A DNA stretch of 64,000 nucleotides from Octopus sinensis (Eukaryota): NCBI RefSeq assembly GCF_006345805.1, contig NC_042997.1, forward strand, positions 114,390,001 through 114,454,000, written 5' to 3'. Every line of letters starts with the position of its first letter. The stretch's first letter is position 1. The notes under the pieces were generated by a model that was not told the DNA's origin, ran no database searches, and saw nothing but the letters and a program-made list of their open reading frames with translations. Both the position numbers and the translations under genes were made by a program. Below, piece by piece: positions 38,820-52,504 of this stretch.

Positions 38820-40107
38820 AACTCAGTTTTGCTGACATGAATGGATCTTCTCAAGAACTTCATATCGCCAAACATCTTGGTCCATTGTCATTTCCTCCAT
38901 GAGGCCAACATCCTGAGATCGGTCCTTACCACTTCATCCCACATCTTCCTGGGTCTCCCTCTTCCACTGATACCATCCACTTTCAGTGATCAGCACTTCT
39001 TTATACAGCTGTCCTCATTCATACACATCACATGTCTAAACCAACACAGTTTTCTCTCTTGCTTACTTGCTACATTTGATTCCTCTTATGCCCAACTTTT
39101 CTCTCAATACATTTGCACTTTGTCATACATGCACACTGATGTTGTACATCCAACAGAGCACACTACCTTCACTTCTCTCCAGTCTATGCATGTCTTCTGC
39201 ATTCAGAGCCCATGTCTCACCACTATGAAGTATAGCCATTCGCACACAAGCATCATTTAGTCTACCTTTCACTCTGAGAGAGCGCCTTTTGTTGCCAATA
39301 GAGATAATAGCTCTTTGAACTTCCTCCACCCAATTCTTATTCTGGAAACAATACTTTCAGAACATATCTCACCACTGCTAATTTGGTCACCTAAGTAACA
39401 GAAAAACTATCTACAACCTCAAGAGAGCCTCCTGGGAATTTGAGAGAATCTAAGTCCTGTGTGTTCTTAGTGCTTATTGTTCCTGCTCATCTACCACATA
39501 CAAAGACAACTTTATCTGTTAATCTACCTGTGATTCGACTGCACCTCTTATGTATCTATAGTTTACACAGGGTGCAGTGAATGGAATTTCTTTCAAATCC
39601 TTTCCTACATATTGAGCAGGGCCATTTACCTGATAGAGAGTTTTATCTTCTTTCTTACTAACAACAATTTTGATCTTTGCTAGGTTAACTTTAAGGCCCT
39701 TTGATTCCAGATTTTGTTTCCATAACTGGAATTTCTTCTCCAATTTTGCTAAAGATTCTACAATAAGAGCAAGGTCATCAGCAAATAGCAGTTCTCACAG
39801 GTACCCAGTTTTGAATTCCTCTGTTATAGCCTGGAGAACTATAATGAATAAGAGTGGGCTGAGAACTAAGCCTTGGTGAACCCCTACCTGTACACTAAAT
39901 TCATTACTGTATTCATGGCCAACTCTCACCTTACTGACAGCACCAACATACATGGCTTGTACAGCTCTAACAAATTACTCCTCTACTCCTAACTTCCTTA
40001 GAGACCACCATATAACAGAGCAGGGAACTCTGTCAAAGGCTTTCTCTAGGTCAATGAAGGCTAAGCACAATGGCTTAGTTTTGACCAAGTACTTTTCCTG
40101 CAGTTAG
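38820..40107 (-). mobile_element. Decayed RTE LINE RT and C-terminal fragment
   Basis: Minus-strand LQEKYL..KPLCLAFIDLEKA, MEKKFQLWKQNLESKGLKVNLAK and LRVKGRLNDACVR. Confidence 0.9.
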
Positions 40108-40449
40108 AAGGCAGTTAGACAAGGAGAAGAACAACTGAGAACCATTATTGTCTATGAAGAGGTGAAGGTTAAGGGAGACAACCTTGCCAGTAAGTCAGGT
40201 GGGAAGAGAATTCAGGGACCACAGGCCCTTTTCATCTTGAACAGAGTGCATAGGAAAACTGAACAGACCTAAAATCCTAAAATCAGAAATATCGCCACTA
40301 AATTAGCTGCAGCCTGAAACCAGGTGTGGACAGGAGAGGTGGTTGTGTTTCAGGTTTTTAACCCTCAACCATGATGATGGGAATATTCATTCAATACTAA
40401 AGGTTTTGCCATGTTGAACTCATTATGCTCAATTCTCTTTTCTCTAACC

Positions 40450-40602
40450 CAGCAGCTTCCAACCATTTATCACTGCAACCTATTTGACAAATCCATAAAT
40501 GTCCGCAGATTTTCCGAGAGAGACACTTTTCAAAACTCAAAGAATTTGTCTTCATGACCTTTTTACAGAATTATACCATGACCCATAGTTTGAGAATCAT
40601 TG
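40450..40602. mobile_element. hAT-like MITE relic of the cagtggttctcaa type
   Basis: cagcagcttccaacc ... gtttgagaatcattg ends. Related ends at 1024, 27104, 32119 and 32800-32920. Confidence 0.55.
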
Positions 40603-42281
40603 CTCCAACCATTTTTGAAGTTTATTCACATGTTTAAAACAGTTTAAACATTAGCCTCTTTTTTAAAAAGAACTACAAAGACCTTTGAAAGAGTGGGCCA
40701 GAATAAACAAGTCAAAAGGTCACCATGGTCAAGACTAAGGTTCTACTCGGTAGTACAAGGGTTATATAACTCCTCCCAAGTGGAGTAGGAACCTCAAACT
40801 GAAAAATCGACTGGGAAACAAATAGGTTTTTCAGGTGCACTTCATTAGCAAGCAGAATCAACATGACTACTTACATAGATGACTAGTGATAGTAGGCAGT
40901 ACCATGTGTCTCCTATTTGATATAATTTGTATTAAAAGTAGAACTAGTGATAGCAGATAGCCTAAGAGTTTGAGGAAGTGGAAGAAGTTGAAGAAAATGA
41001 GGTTTGTTGTCAACAATATATTTTCATAAATAAGCACTATGAAGTATATATCGTTATTATCGCTTTATGCCCATTTTTCCATGCTGGTATGAGTTAGACA
41101 AGTATCACAGCATTTCCTCATGGTGCCAGTGCATTTTGTTAAGCAACTAGTATTAAAGATGATGCTTATGGTAGGACTAGAGTCCTATTTAGCCTGTACC
41201 AGTTGTCTTATAAATTGGTGAGGGCTCTTCTAGACGGAGTACCTGCACCATAGCTTGTGGGGTCTACATCTTCATTTATTACTATTTTGGAGTATTGATA
41301 TTTTATAGCTACTTACTCTTTTCATCACCAACCACTTTACAGATAAAACACTGGGTGTTTTATCATGAACAGTAAATGAAGGAAATTAAGAGCAAGCACA
41401 AAGAATGAGGTAAATATGATGGGATACATGTAAAATGTCAATCCAATAAAACATGGTGTTTTATTGGATTTGATATAGAAATAATGAAGTAGGAGAGATA
41501 ACTACATTGGTATACACACATAAAAGTGCATAGAATACACACACACATGCTTACACACAAATGTGTTCAAAAGTGTTGTGCTGTTGCAGATTTATTTAAC
41601 CCACACTAGTATGAGAAAATACATATTAAACTAAATTCATCAACTAAGTATGGTTTACAGGTGAATTGATAGATGGACAGGTATTATAGAAAATCATGAA
41701 TAAATTTGAGTTGACAAGCAGTAAAAAACTTATTAAAAGTATATCCTTTTGTCACCAAAGTCATTGTTAGGTATAATTGCATACATTTCATTGAATTATT
41801 ATTAAAATATGACAAGCATAAAGGAAACAGTATTTCTCAAGTGAAGAAGAAAATTATAGGAAATTTCATTGACTGAATGCATTCATTCAAATGTTGACTA
41901 CAATGACATATTTATTTGAATCTTGAAGAGGTGGCCGTAAGACACTGATGTACTGTATTTACAAATAAAATTCATCAAAGCAAGGAATTATAGGTGAAAA
42001 AGTCACTTAAGTTTATATTGATAGTTATCTATTACTGAAACTTATGATGATAATTTTTTTAAAATAGATATACAATTAACATGTATGACTGAACAAATTT
42101 TGTTACCAAACATAGAGCCATCCTAAGTATTCTGGGTTAGATCATAATAAAGTTACATAATTGTTTTCGTAAAAAGACTAGCAGAAACACCATCCTCCAT
42201 GCAGTTTTCTGCTAGTATTTGTTGATGTGATAAATCCTAATGTGGAAACAAATAGTGCAGCATGTGTATTGTATTGCAATC

Positions 42282-42618
42282 ATCATCATCAAGTGTTTTA
42301 AATCCGGGTTTTGTCCCTGTTAACAGGGGTGGCCAGATCTACCTCAATGCCATAGCAACTACTCTCACACCATCTCGCCCAGTTTTGGGTATCCTCCTTT
42401 TTCAAACTAACACTCCCAATCTCCTCCTACACCCTTTCCTCAGTCTACCTCGCTTTCATGCTCCATTTACCTCAAATGCAATCACCCTCCTCAGAACATG
42501 CTCTTCATCCCTCCTCAACACATGCCCATACCACCTCACTCCATTCACCCTTGCCAACCATTCCACTGATTCCTCCAACCCCAGCATTCCCACCAAATCC
42601 TCAGTCCTCCTCTTATCA
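42282..42618 (-). mobile_element. 3' fragment of a second RTE subfamily
   Basis: Minus-strand LGLEES...NGVRWYGHVLRRDEEHVLRR..FEVNG..KRGR, followed by a (GAT)n tail. Confidence 0.8.
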
Positions 42619-43741
42619 AACAACTTAATATATATTAAATGAAATCAATATATTACTTAATAAACACAAAGCTGACAATTCAGGTACAGAAACTAACCCA
42701 AGGCTTTCATTATTCAAAGGACCATGATTTTCACATTTGTGTGTAACCAAATAAAACTTGAAATAAAGAAATTCAATGTAATTTTTATAATAAATAGATA
42801 TAATGTAAAAATTCTCACAAATATTCTCAAAATATCTCAACGGAAACCTTTGCAATCCCATGATTTTAAAGAAAATAATTGGAGAGAGAGAGAATTGCAA
42901 AGAAAGAAACTGAGGCTAAGAGTGAGAGAGGAAATGTTATAAGGATAGACAAAGAGAAAGACTAGTCATAGTAGAGGCAGTAAACAAAGAAATGGAAAGA
43001 GAGAGAGAGAAGGGAGTAAGACATTAAAAAAATGCTATAAAGAGGATGAATGAAAGAAGAAAAGTTATAAGATTAGAGAGAGTGAAAGACAGAGAGGAGT
43101 AGAGGTGGTAAACAAAAAGAAAAACTTTGTAATCATGTATTTATAATGAAAACAAATCAACAGAGGAAGTTGAGAGAGTGTGTTGTAAGGAAAAAACTGT
43201 GGATAAGAGTAAAAGAAGCAAAGAAAAATTATAAGGATAGAGAAAGACAGGGGAATAGAAGCAATAAAACAAAAAGAAATGGAGAGAGAAGGGAGTAAGG
43301 CATAAAAAAATGTTATCTCACAGAGTAAGATTTTATCTTGTAGAAAACTTAATCATTTAGCTGAAATTCTCAATAATAAAACAATTTTGAAAACCACATT
43401 TTGATAAAACTATATGAAAATTAGAATTTTCAAGAATTTTCTACACAGTGTAGACTTTAATAATTGCTTTCTTTTAGTAAAAAGTTACTCTTTTACTGCA
43501 GAAAGCAGATATAACCAAAGTTTCATTACTCTTAACTGCAGAAAGCAGTTTTACCTAGCAATCTATCCTTATTGAAGAATGTCATGTTTGAAACTATTTT
43601 CTGTTGAGGTATGTCAAGTTTACTGAGGCAATGTGACTTTCAGCAAATACCAATTCTATTTTTGGTAGATATTTAACATCATTACTGGAATAATGATGAA
43701 ATTTAATTTTGCAATGAAGTGGTTAATAAGCAAATTTGTTC

Positions 43742-44008
43742 ATACAGTTCTATATTTAAACGATGAGGAATTATGTACATTATTTACATTTGATGGATAG
43801 TTGTCCTCATCTTGTTTGTTGTTAACACAACATTTCAGCTGATATACCCTCCAGCCTTCATCAGGTGTCTTGGGGAAATTTCAAACTTGCGTTCTCCTTC
43901 CTAAGGTATTTTTCGATATTATATTATTATTATTCAGGTCACTGTTTGGAATCGAACTTGGAATCTTGGGGTTAGTAGCCTGCGCTCTTAACCACTACGC
44001 CATATGTT
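43742..44008 (-). mobile_element. tRNA-headed short element carrying a minimal Penelope-type hammerhead
   Basis: A box TGGCGTAGTGG (44002-43992), B box GTTCGATTCC (43957-43948), an (AAT)n tract, then GACAC-CUGAUGA-A-GGCUG[GAGGGUAUAU]CAGCU-GAAA-UGUU-GUGUU (43869-43824). Confidence 0.75.
43824..43869 (-). ncRNA. Minimal type I hammerhead motif (intact CUGAUGA/GAAA core)
   Basis: Stem I GACAC/GUGUU, 5-bp stem II, an extra A after A9, and a one-pair helix III (AUGU, likely from ACGU). Predicted cleavage between 43829 and 43828. Confidence 0.6.
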
Positions 44009-44010
44009 CA

Positions 44011-44054
44011 TGGGTTATTAGCCCCAAGATTTGGAGTTTTATTCCAAGCAGTGA

Positions 44055-44086
<32 letters not shown>

Positions 44087-44226
44087 TCGCAAAACACCTT
44101 AGGAATGAGAACCCATGTTCGAAATTTTCCCAAGACACTTGATGAAGGCTGGAGGGTATATCAACCGAAACATTGTGTTAACAGCAAACAAGATGAGGAC
44201 AAATATCCGTCAAATGTAAATAATAC
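44011..44226 (+). mobile_element. Second, 5'-clipped copy of the same element in inverted orientation
   Basis: Reverse complement of 43775-43985. Lacks the A box and has a degenerate B box (GTTTTATTCC). Hammerhead-like motif at 44134-44179 has a UUGAUGA core. Confidence 0.8.
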
Positions 44227-45219
44227 AAATTTGTTTATAGTATAGATGGTTGAAAATATAATTTTTAAAAAGACTGGAGACTATTTTTAATTAAGGCAAA
44301 TACTAAATCAAATAAGCTAAATTTAATTATATTAGAAAGAAAATTCATGTGTTTTGTTTTGTATGTAAGTAATTTGACATAAACAGAATTCCTCAGGACT
44401 TATCTTTGTTTCCATCAAACATTATTTAAGCTATATATTCTATTAATAATGCCTAGAAGTCCTAAGGTTATCTTCAGTCTTTTCTTTAAAGCTGCATTTT
44501 CTTAATATTGCTAATTTGATTGAGAGAGATTACCAGGGGTACATTCTGGGTATTAAATACAAATGCAGTTGGGTTTTACATATGTAATATAGTGAGTTAA
44601 AAAATTTGGATTAACTAAGATTACTTCTACAGTCTGTAGACAAAAAGTACTTCTAAGGGTGATTAAAATCCAAAAATCAACAATCAAGGGAGATAACTAC
44701 AATAAGACCAGTCAACTGAACTTTCTAGAAAATATACATAATACAGATACAAGATGATTTTGTCTTCAAAGCCTATAGATGGAAACAACCTACATGTTTT
44801 GGTCCTATATTTCCTCAATGAAGCATCACCTTCTCTCCACCCACCCTATCTTCTATTTGCTGTGTTATTCTATAATATTAATTAAAGGCAGAATCCATAA
44901 TTACATACCATCACTGTTTCTGTACTGTTACTCATCAACACACCCCCTTCTTCCTACAGCGACATACTACTGACTCACCATTTCCACTCATATTTACCAT
45001 CAACCATCGGCACTTCTATTACTCTCCCTTAATCCATCACTGCCTACTCTTTTGCAACCTTCATCTACCCTTCTTGATTCATTTGTCATCACCCTCTCTT
45101 CTAATCACATTTTTGAACATGTTACCTAATGAGTACAACTATATCAGAGTAGTAAAAATTCTTTAGATTTACGATACATGACCATCTCACTAATGCCAGT
45201 TTTATAATAAAACATATCC

Positions 45220-45572
45220 AGTGGCAGACTGGCCAGGTTGCCAGCTTACCCAATGAAAAGTAGGCTTCTGCACCATTAGAGTCCATATATGGGGGCCTAT
45301 GTTAGTATCTAAGGGGCCCATCTCCTCAAGTTTGAGAATTTTTATTCACTCCTGGAAGAATGCATTAGTTAATTCAGCCTGGCTGTGTTTGCAGACAGTT
45401 GAAAATAATACTTTTAACAAACAAAAATAAATAAATGATAGCATTATAGTCGCAGGTGGGCCCCCTTAGAGTTGTGGATGGGCCCCCTTGTAGTTGCGCG
45501 TGGGCCCCCTTGTTACAGATGAGCCCCCTTAGTTTCCTGGCAACCAATATTTTTAGACCCAGTCTGCCACTC
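45220..45572. mobile_element. hAT-like MITE
   Basis: Perfect 13-bp TIR agtggcagactgg/ccagtctgccact, flanking direct repeat catatcc (45213-45219 and 45573-45579), and four internal g(g/a)gcccccttr sub-repeats. Confidence 0.8.
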
Positions 45573-45991
45573 CATATCCATAGCAAATGAATGGAGAGGT
45601 AGCAACTTTTCCAGTGCTGGTATCATGATAAAATGCTGCAAGTATGTTCTGCAGAATAATTTATGAAAGAAGGGCATTCAGCCATGCCAAATATGAAACA
45701 TATGAGCTAGACATGATTTTCCAACCCATTTAAGAGGGTAGTAACTACAAATAAGAACTGAATTGGACCCAAGCCAGCATGAAAAGCAGAAAGATGATGA
45801 TGATATGAATGCAGTAACACTGATTATGAATATCAACAATATGACTAAAAGAATATCTCCCTGAGGTACGTTCTATACACTAACTTTGTTGAGAACATCT
45901 AATAAGTATATTCTACTCAGTTGGCAAGTCCTGCATGTTAAATTTATTTTTAATATTATTTTTGACAAGCATTATATCATCTATAAATCTA

Positions 45992-46022
<31 letters not shown>

Positions 46023-47589
46023 ATGGGTTTCAAATTTTGGCACAAACCAGCAATTTTGTGGAAAGGAGCAAGTCAATTACATCAACCCCAGTGCTCAACT
46101 AGTACATATTATATCGACCCCAGAAGGTAAATTTGACCTCAATGGAACTTGAACTCATAACAGAATGATGGATAAAATGTTCCTAAGCATTTTGCCTGGC
46201 ATGGTAATGATTCTGCAAGCTTGCTGCCTCGATAATGCCAATAATAAACTTTCCTATGCTTCTGCATGTTGAATGGAGTTTACTGAGGTAGATTTCCCTA
46301 TGGATAGATATCTTTCCTTTTGTCAACCCTGAACTGTTTCCAAGTGAAGTCATATTTCCTCCCTGGCCAGACATGTCACAGAATATTGGAAATGAATGAC
46401 AGTAGCCATCATTTACAACTATCATTCAATGTTAAGACAAGGAAGCACACACACAAACGACGGGTTTCTATCAGTTTCTATCTACCAAATCCACTTACAA
46501 GGCTTTGATTGACCTGATATTACAGTAGAAGACACTTGCTCAAGGTGCCATACAGTGAGACTGAACCTAAAACCACATGAAATATAAAGAAGTATGAATC
46601 AATATGGGGTGTGCTTGGATAATGGAAAGAAATAAAAGCAGAAAATTGATTTCAAAATTACAGGACACAAAGTGATTAACAAATGTTTAGAGCAGCAAAG
46701 CAAAATTGTTAATCGCAAAATGAAATGTCCTGCCTAATCTTTATTATTATTATTATTTGTTTTTGTTGCCCAGGGAGAGAAGAGCCTTAGACTGCTGCAA
46801 GGAAGGGCAGAAGTTATGTTAATCCTGAGACCTTGCCTAAATACTTGCAACAAAATGTACTTGGCCAAAGGCATCCAAGGGTGACAGATTAAGTCAACCG
46901 TCCAAGAACAAGAAAGGTTCTTCCACTTGGCTTCCATACAATTTCCACCTACAAGAGTGTTCACTCATCGGGTCTTAATCAACTAGAAGATATGAAAGAA
47001 TACAGTTACCAGGTGTCATACAATGAGATTGAATTCAAAACCAAAAACCAAACAGTTGTAAAGTAAACTTCTTACCCACATAGCCATACTTGTAAAAGCT
47101 GGAAACCCATCAACAAAATACAGAAAAAGTAAACTTATTTAGAAGCAAGAGATTCAGTGACATTTTAGTTGTGAGATGGAATGTGTTCAATCCAACAAAT
47201 TTGAAATATGCTTCATTAACTCACAGTAAGCACAAGGAGAGGCAATAGAAACATATAGATTGTTTCGAAAAGAATGCAGAGAAATTATCAGAATTTCACC
47301 ACCAAAGAAAAACAAGCCTGGGGTGGAAACACCCAGAAGCATGGAAAGAAGGCCCCATAAGAAACATTTTTCTCTCTCTTTTTTACTCTGTATGTGTATG
47401 GGTGTGTGGTTAAGAGGTTCTGAGTGTCATCATGTAATTCTGAGTCCAACCTCACAGTACAATACCTTGGCCAAGTGTTTTCTACTATAGCCAAATCTTA
47501 TGAGCAACAAAATCTACTATAACTAATGTCTACTAATGTCTTGTGAGTAGAATATTTGGAAATTTGGTAGATGAAAACTATACAGAAGA

Positions 47590-47620
<31 letters not shown>

Positions 47621-50600
47621 TGTGCGCGCGCACATACATTTGTGTTTATTCTTACACTGGTCTAAAAACAGGTGTTGTTATATTGTGTCTGTTTATGTCT
47701 TGTAATTTAGTGGTTCGATAAAGATTGATAAAATAGTACCAGATTGAAGTGCTAGAGTTGATACAATCAAAAAAAATTTTGAAGGAAATGCTCCAGCAAT
47801 GACCAGTCCAATAAACAGCAATGAATAAAAAGAAATGTGTGTGTGGGTGTGAAGGGATTAACTATAATAAAAATTTCTTTCTCACAATGACACAGGACTA
47901 CCTATTTAAAAAGTTAGAGATTTAGTCAAGCTAATGATTCTCAATACTCTACCTTCTTACATCAACCACAGAGAGATGAAAGGTAAAGTTGACCGTTGCA
48001 GGATTTGAATACTGAATATAGCAAGTGAAAACTAAAAGGTGTAAGTCATTTTCCACCTGTGTGTCACAAAATAATACAGGTGTGTCAATATAATTTATCT
48101 GAGGTCAGAATATTTTTCACATTAGCAGATTAACATTCATTACCTATTGTGATCATTCATGCTTGCTTTCACAATCTGATTACATTATATTCAACAGCTA
48201 TATGATAATTAATTCACAAAAAATACATGTCTAGAGTGTCGTTTCCTCTTTGAGTGTCACCATTCTTATAAGGCTGAAAAACACTGATTTTGATAGGTAC
48301 CTTACTATTTCTGGCACTTGTGAAAAGTAAATTAATAAACAAAAATTAAAAATAGAGATTAGGGTTTTCATTGGAGAGGAAGAGAAAAATTTTTTTTAAA
48401 AACCCTCCATCTCAGTCCTTTCAGAAATTATTCTCAAAGCCTGTCAAACAAGAAGCAAAGATGGTCTGATAAAAATAAAAGAAATATAATAGGAAAGTAT
48501 TTTATGAGAAAATTCGATAATGGCATGTTGTAGAAAATTTTGATCACATAAAATAAAAAGAAATACAACATAAATTCTCATTGCTAAATGAAAATTGGAG
48601 GGGAATGCCCATTTTAAATATCTCCATAAATCTAAGATTCAGAAAATATAATGATTGAACAAAAGTATTTTTTTGTTTTATATCTTAGCCATGAGGTGAA
48701 AAAGGTACAAAGTTTCTTTTTTATTTCGCTCTTTCTTTTAATTCAAAGCTTTGAGAAAATTATATGTAATGAAAGCTAAATCAAGTGTAATGATTATTAA
48801 TGATAAGAACAATAAACAGACATAAAATACTACGGCAGTTTTCACGGAAATTTATATTTCAAGTATATTTGCTTTGAAGTATACAATAACTGCTGTGAAA
48901 CAAGTACAAAATTTATTGGTTGGGCTGCTTGATAAGGAATTTCAACAGAAATAGTCATTGCAAAAAATAAGTAGGTAAGTCAGTATAGAAGAATGGTGCA
49001 AAACCAGACATTAAATGATGATGATGATGACGAATTGTGTTGGATGGATTTTGTAGTTGTAAATATTATGCTAAACAAGTCTGGAGAAAAATTTTTAAAT
49101 GAGTTAAATTTGGTTTTTTAAAAAAACATCAACAATGTTACATCTGTCAAAGAAACGGCTTTCAGTAAAAACTGTAGTCAAAAAGATATAAAACTGAATT
49201 AGCCAACAATTCAAATGTTCAACAAATGGTTCAAATTTTCCCTCTGACTCATAAGGAATGCTTGTTATCTCAGTTGTAGGTGTGTAAAACATATAAATAG
49301 TTAGATAGCTGTCGAATAAGAAACAAAAGTAATTGGAACAGTAACCTGATAATAGCATTAAAGCTTCAATAACCATTTGATGATTTCAGTTTTAAGTATT
49401 GTTTGAGAACAAAAGGTTGTGACATAAGTCAATAAAATGCCCATAAAATCAACTATTTCCACTTCCTTATAAAATAGAGGGCTTTTTTTTTTGTATTAGT
49501 CCAGATAAGTCATCATTCATTTTTGTACTTACTTTTCAAGAATTGTGATTAATTCTTGAGTTGAAACAAATTTTGTTATAGTTCCAGAGGGTTAAATGTT
49601 AATAAATTGACTAATGATAATAAGTACCAGTCAATCAATAATGTTGATTAAATCAACTATACATTTTCAATAAACTTTAAATGCCTGTGTCTATATTAGA
49701 AACCATTTATTAATTAATACTGAAGACAGGCATGTGGTAGAAATGGTAAATGCCACAACAAATACTATATCCTCTTGGGATAAAAAGAAAAATACCAATC
49801 CAGAGCAGTGGATTTGCAAAACTCTCAGAATATCAAATTGGATGCCTTATAGTATTTATTCCAGCTCCTTGTGTTCTCAATTTAAATTCTCCCACCATGG
49901 TTTATTTAGATGTAGACTTAATTTGTCACCTGTTTTAACATCACCACCTGCTTCAACACCACCCACCTGATTCTTGGTTATCTTTAGTAGAATGCACTCA
50001 GTTGCAAGCATTTGAGACAAGTCACCAGTTTAAAATTCTGCCCTCCTTCCCACCAGTCTCAAACACCTATGAAAGGGTCATAAGCACTCTCTTCTCTCCT
50101 GGCTAAAAGATTACAAAAAAATATTTCATTCATTTCATCCTTCTACATTCTGGATCTGTACTATGTCAAGGTTGACTTTCATTATTCCAGGGTGAAAAAT
50201 ATATAAACAAATAAAAAATAGCAATTTTCTACTACAGGCACAGGGCCTGAAATTTGGTGGAGGGGCTAGTCAATTATATTGGTGCCAGTGCTGAACTGGG
50301 TTCCATGTAACTGACTAGCCCTAAAAGAATGAAAGGCAAAACTGACCTCACCTCAGCAGAATTAAAACTCAGAATGTCGAGATAAATGAAATGCCACTAA
50401 ACATCTGTCTGGCGTGATAACAATTCTGTCAGAAAATAATAAGTGTTTCAAGTTTTGACTTAAGGTCAGTAATTTTATTAAGGACAGTGGATAGTTGATT
50501 ATATCGACCTCAGTACTTCACTAGTACTTTATGTTATCAACTCCAAAAGGATGAAAGACAAAGCTGTTCTTGGCAGGATTTGAACTCAGACAATATGCTG

Positions 50601-52385
50601 CTAAGCATTTTTTTCCAATGCACTAACAATTCTTCCATCTTAATTATCATCATCATCATCATCATCAACATCCATCTTCCATGCTGGCATGAGTTGGACA
50701 GTTTGACAGAAGCTGGCAAGCCAGAGAGCTGCACCAGGTTCCATTGTCTGCTTTGGCATGGTTTCTACAGCTGGATGCCTTTTCTAACACCAACCACTTT
50801 ATAGAGTGTACTAGATGCTTTTTATGTGACACCAGCACTAGTGCTTTTTATGTGGCACCAACACCAGAGGGGTTACCAAGTAACTTGCAAGACAAAAACT
50901 CCTCAGCTTGGAGAGGGAGTGGAACAGAGAGAGGTGGATTTGTGCAAAGTAAGAGGTTAGAGGATAATAGAGGGATAGAGTTATGTGAGTTACTATAGAG
51001 GAGATACTGAGCTACCCCATTGAAAACCAACAAAGGAGCTTTTATGTAGCCACTTGGCCTGCTGGAAATAAGAAGACAAATCTTCCAATCCTTCATTCAA
51101 TTTTGAAGAAATGAAAAAATGCATTCAGTAATGTAGTCATAGATACATTGTTTCACAAATAAGTTGTACTTTGCCTTTCACATCCTTTTGGGGTTGATAA
51201 AATAAGTACCAGTCATGTACTGGTGTCACTGCAATCAACTTCCCCACCCCCTCCAAAACCTGCAGGCCCTGTGCCAAACTTTGAAACCATTATTTACATA
51301 GATGTCATATTTCTAGTGACAGTTGCAAAGACTAGTAACTTTACCTTTAGTTTTAGCCTAGATAAAGAACGTTATACATGTTCACACATTTCATGACAAA
51401 GAGGAAACTAAGTGTAAATGAGTGGCTGAAGAGTGCTGTTCAACCAATTGATAAATATAGAATTAATACCAGGTTCATGTAAATACTCACAAAAATAGCT
51501 TTTCTATTTATTGTCTATTGTTTTTAATATAATTCAAAACTGGAGGGTGAGTTGGAGGGTATTTATCTACAGGGTATCTGGTCCTAATTGCAAAAGTCAT
51601 AGTAAAAGTTTGATAATGAAATTGCACTGCAAAAAGGATTAATCAAGATGTTGGTTAATGTCAAACATAACAAACTAGTTATCTAGATATCATCTGTGCA
51701 TGACATAAAAAGAATGCCATTAGTAAATGTGAGAGAAAACGGAGGTGTTTCAAGTGCAAATGGTTAATTGTTACAATTACAACTGAATGACATTTGGAAG
51801 GTTAGCGAGAACTTATATAATTACATGTTTCTACAATTGGAAAAAAAGGACTGAACACTATACAGAGGATATAAGCTAGGCCATGGGAAGCATAAGTTTT
51901 GAATTTGTATAAACAATGATCAGTACTAAAAGGTAAAAATAACTCAGGAATTAAATATATAACTACAAAGTGTGGGAGTATTTGAAACTACCTTTCTTAA
52001 CACAACAATAATTTGTTGTTTTTTTTTGTACTAATTAACTTATCAATTAATACATTCTTAGTGATTAAAAAGTTGTTATCATTAAGCCCATCTTAATCCT
52101 AATACAAAATTCCAAACAGAAAATTCAAATCAGAATATAAGATATAATAAATCTTTCATAATTACAATTCCTTCTAACTAAAATTCACTACAATTTCAAT
52201 CTCTGGGAACATCAATGTTAATTGTGCTTTGCTAGGCTATTTGTTATTATTAAGCAGTGCATATTACAGTACTACAACTGACTACACACTCAAAAAGAAA
52301 GTAAGTATATAATACTTTAGTAGACACACTGTGCATTACTGTTGCTAAGTGCTACTATTGAGCCATGTCAACAAAGAAACTGTAC

Positions 52386-52504
52386 CTTAATCTTTAAAGA
52401 CTGCGTTTTTCTTAGAGCTTTTGATGTTTTAGGCAATCTAAATCCATATGTTCGGGTTAAAGATTTCCCGAGAGACTTTTTTCTGTCCTGTAAAGTATTC
52501 TTGC
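52386..52504 (-). CDS. Probable upstream coding exon of the same TPR gene
   Basis: 119 bp with acceptor gtatttttttattgtatgcag|GC and donor AAG|gtacag. Only one frame is open (xKNTLQDRKKSLGKSLTRTYGFRLPKTSKALRKTQSLKIK). It ends in phase 0, compatible with the 34956 exon. No homology recognised. Confidence 0.55.

Noticed and set aside
40490-40530. Short similarity (SLGKS..YGF) to the 52.4-kb exon
   Set aside because: It lies inside a hAT-like MITE relic, is limited to two short words, and has an in-frame stop; treated as chance.
43945-44008. Functional tRNA gene (also 20555-20625)
   Set aside because: A and B boxes are present but the acceptor and anticodon stems do not close, and the sequence runs on into repeat bodies; these are SINE heads.
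49104-49376. 90-aa minus-strand ORF
   Set aside because: AT-rich, no recognisable domain and no convincing splice sites.
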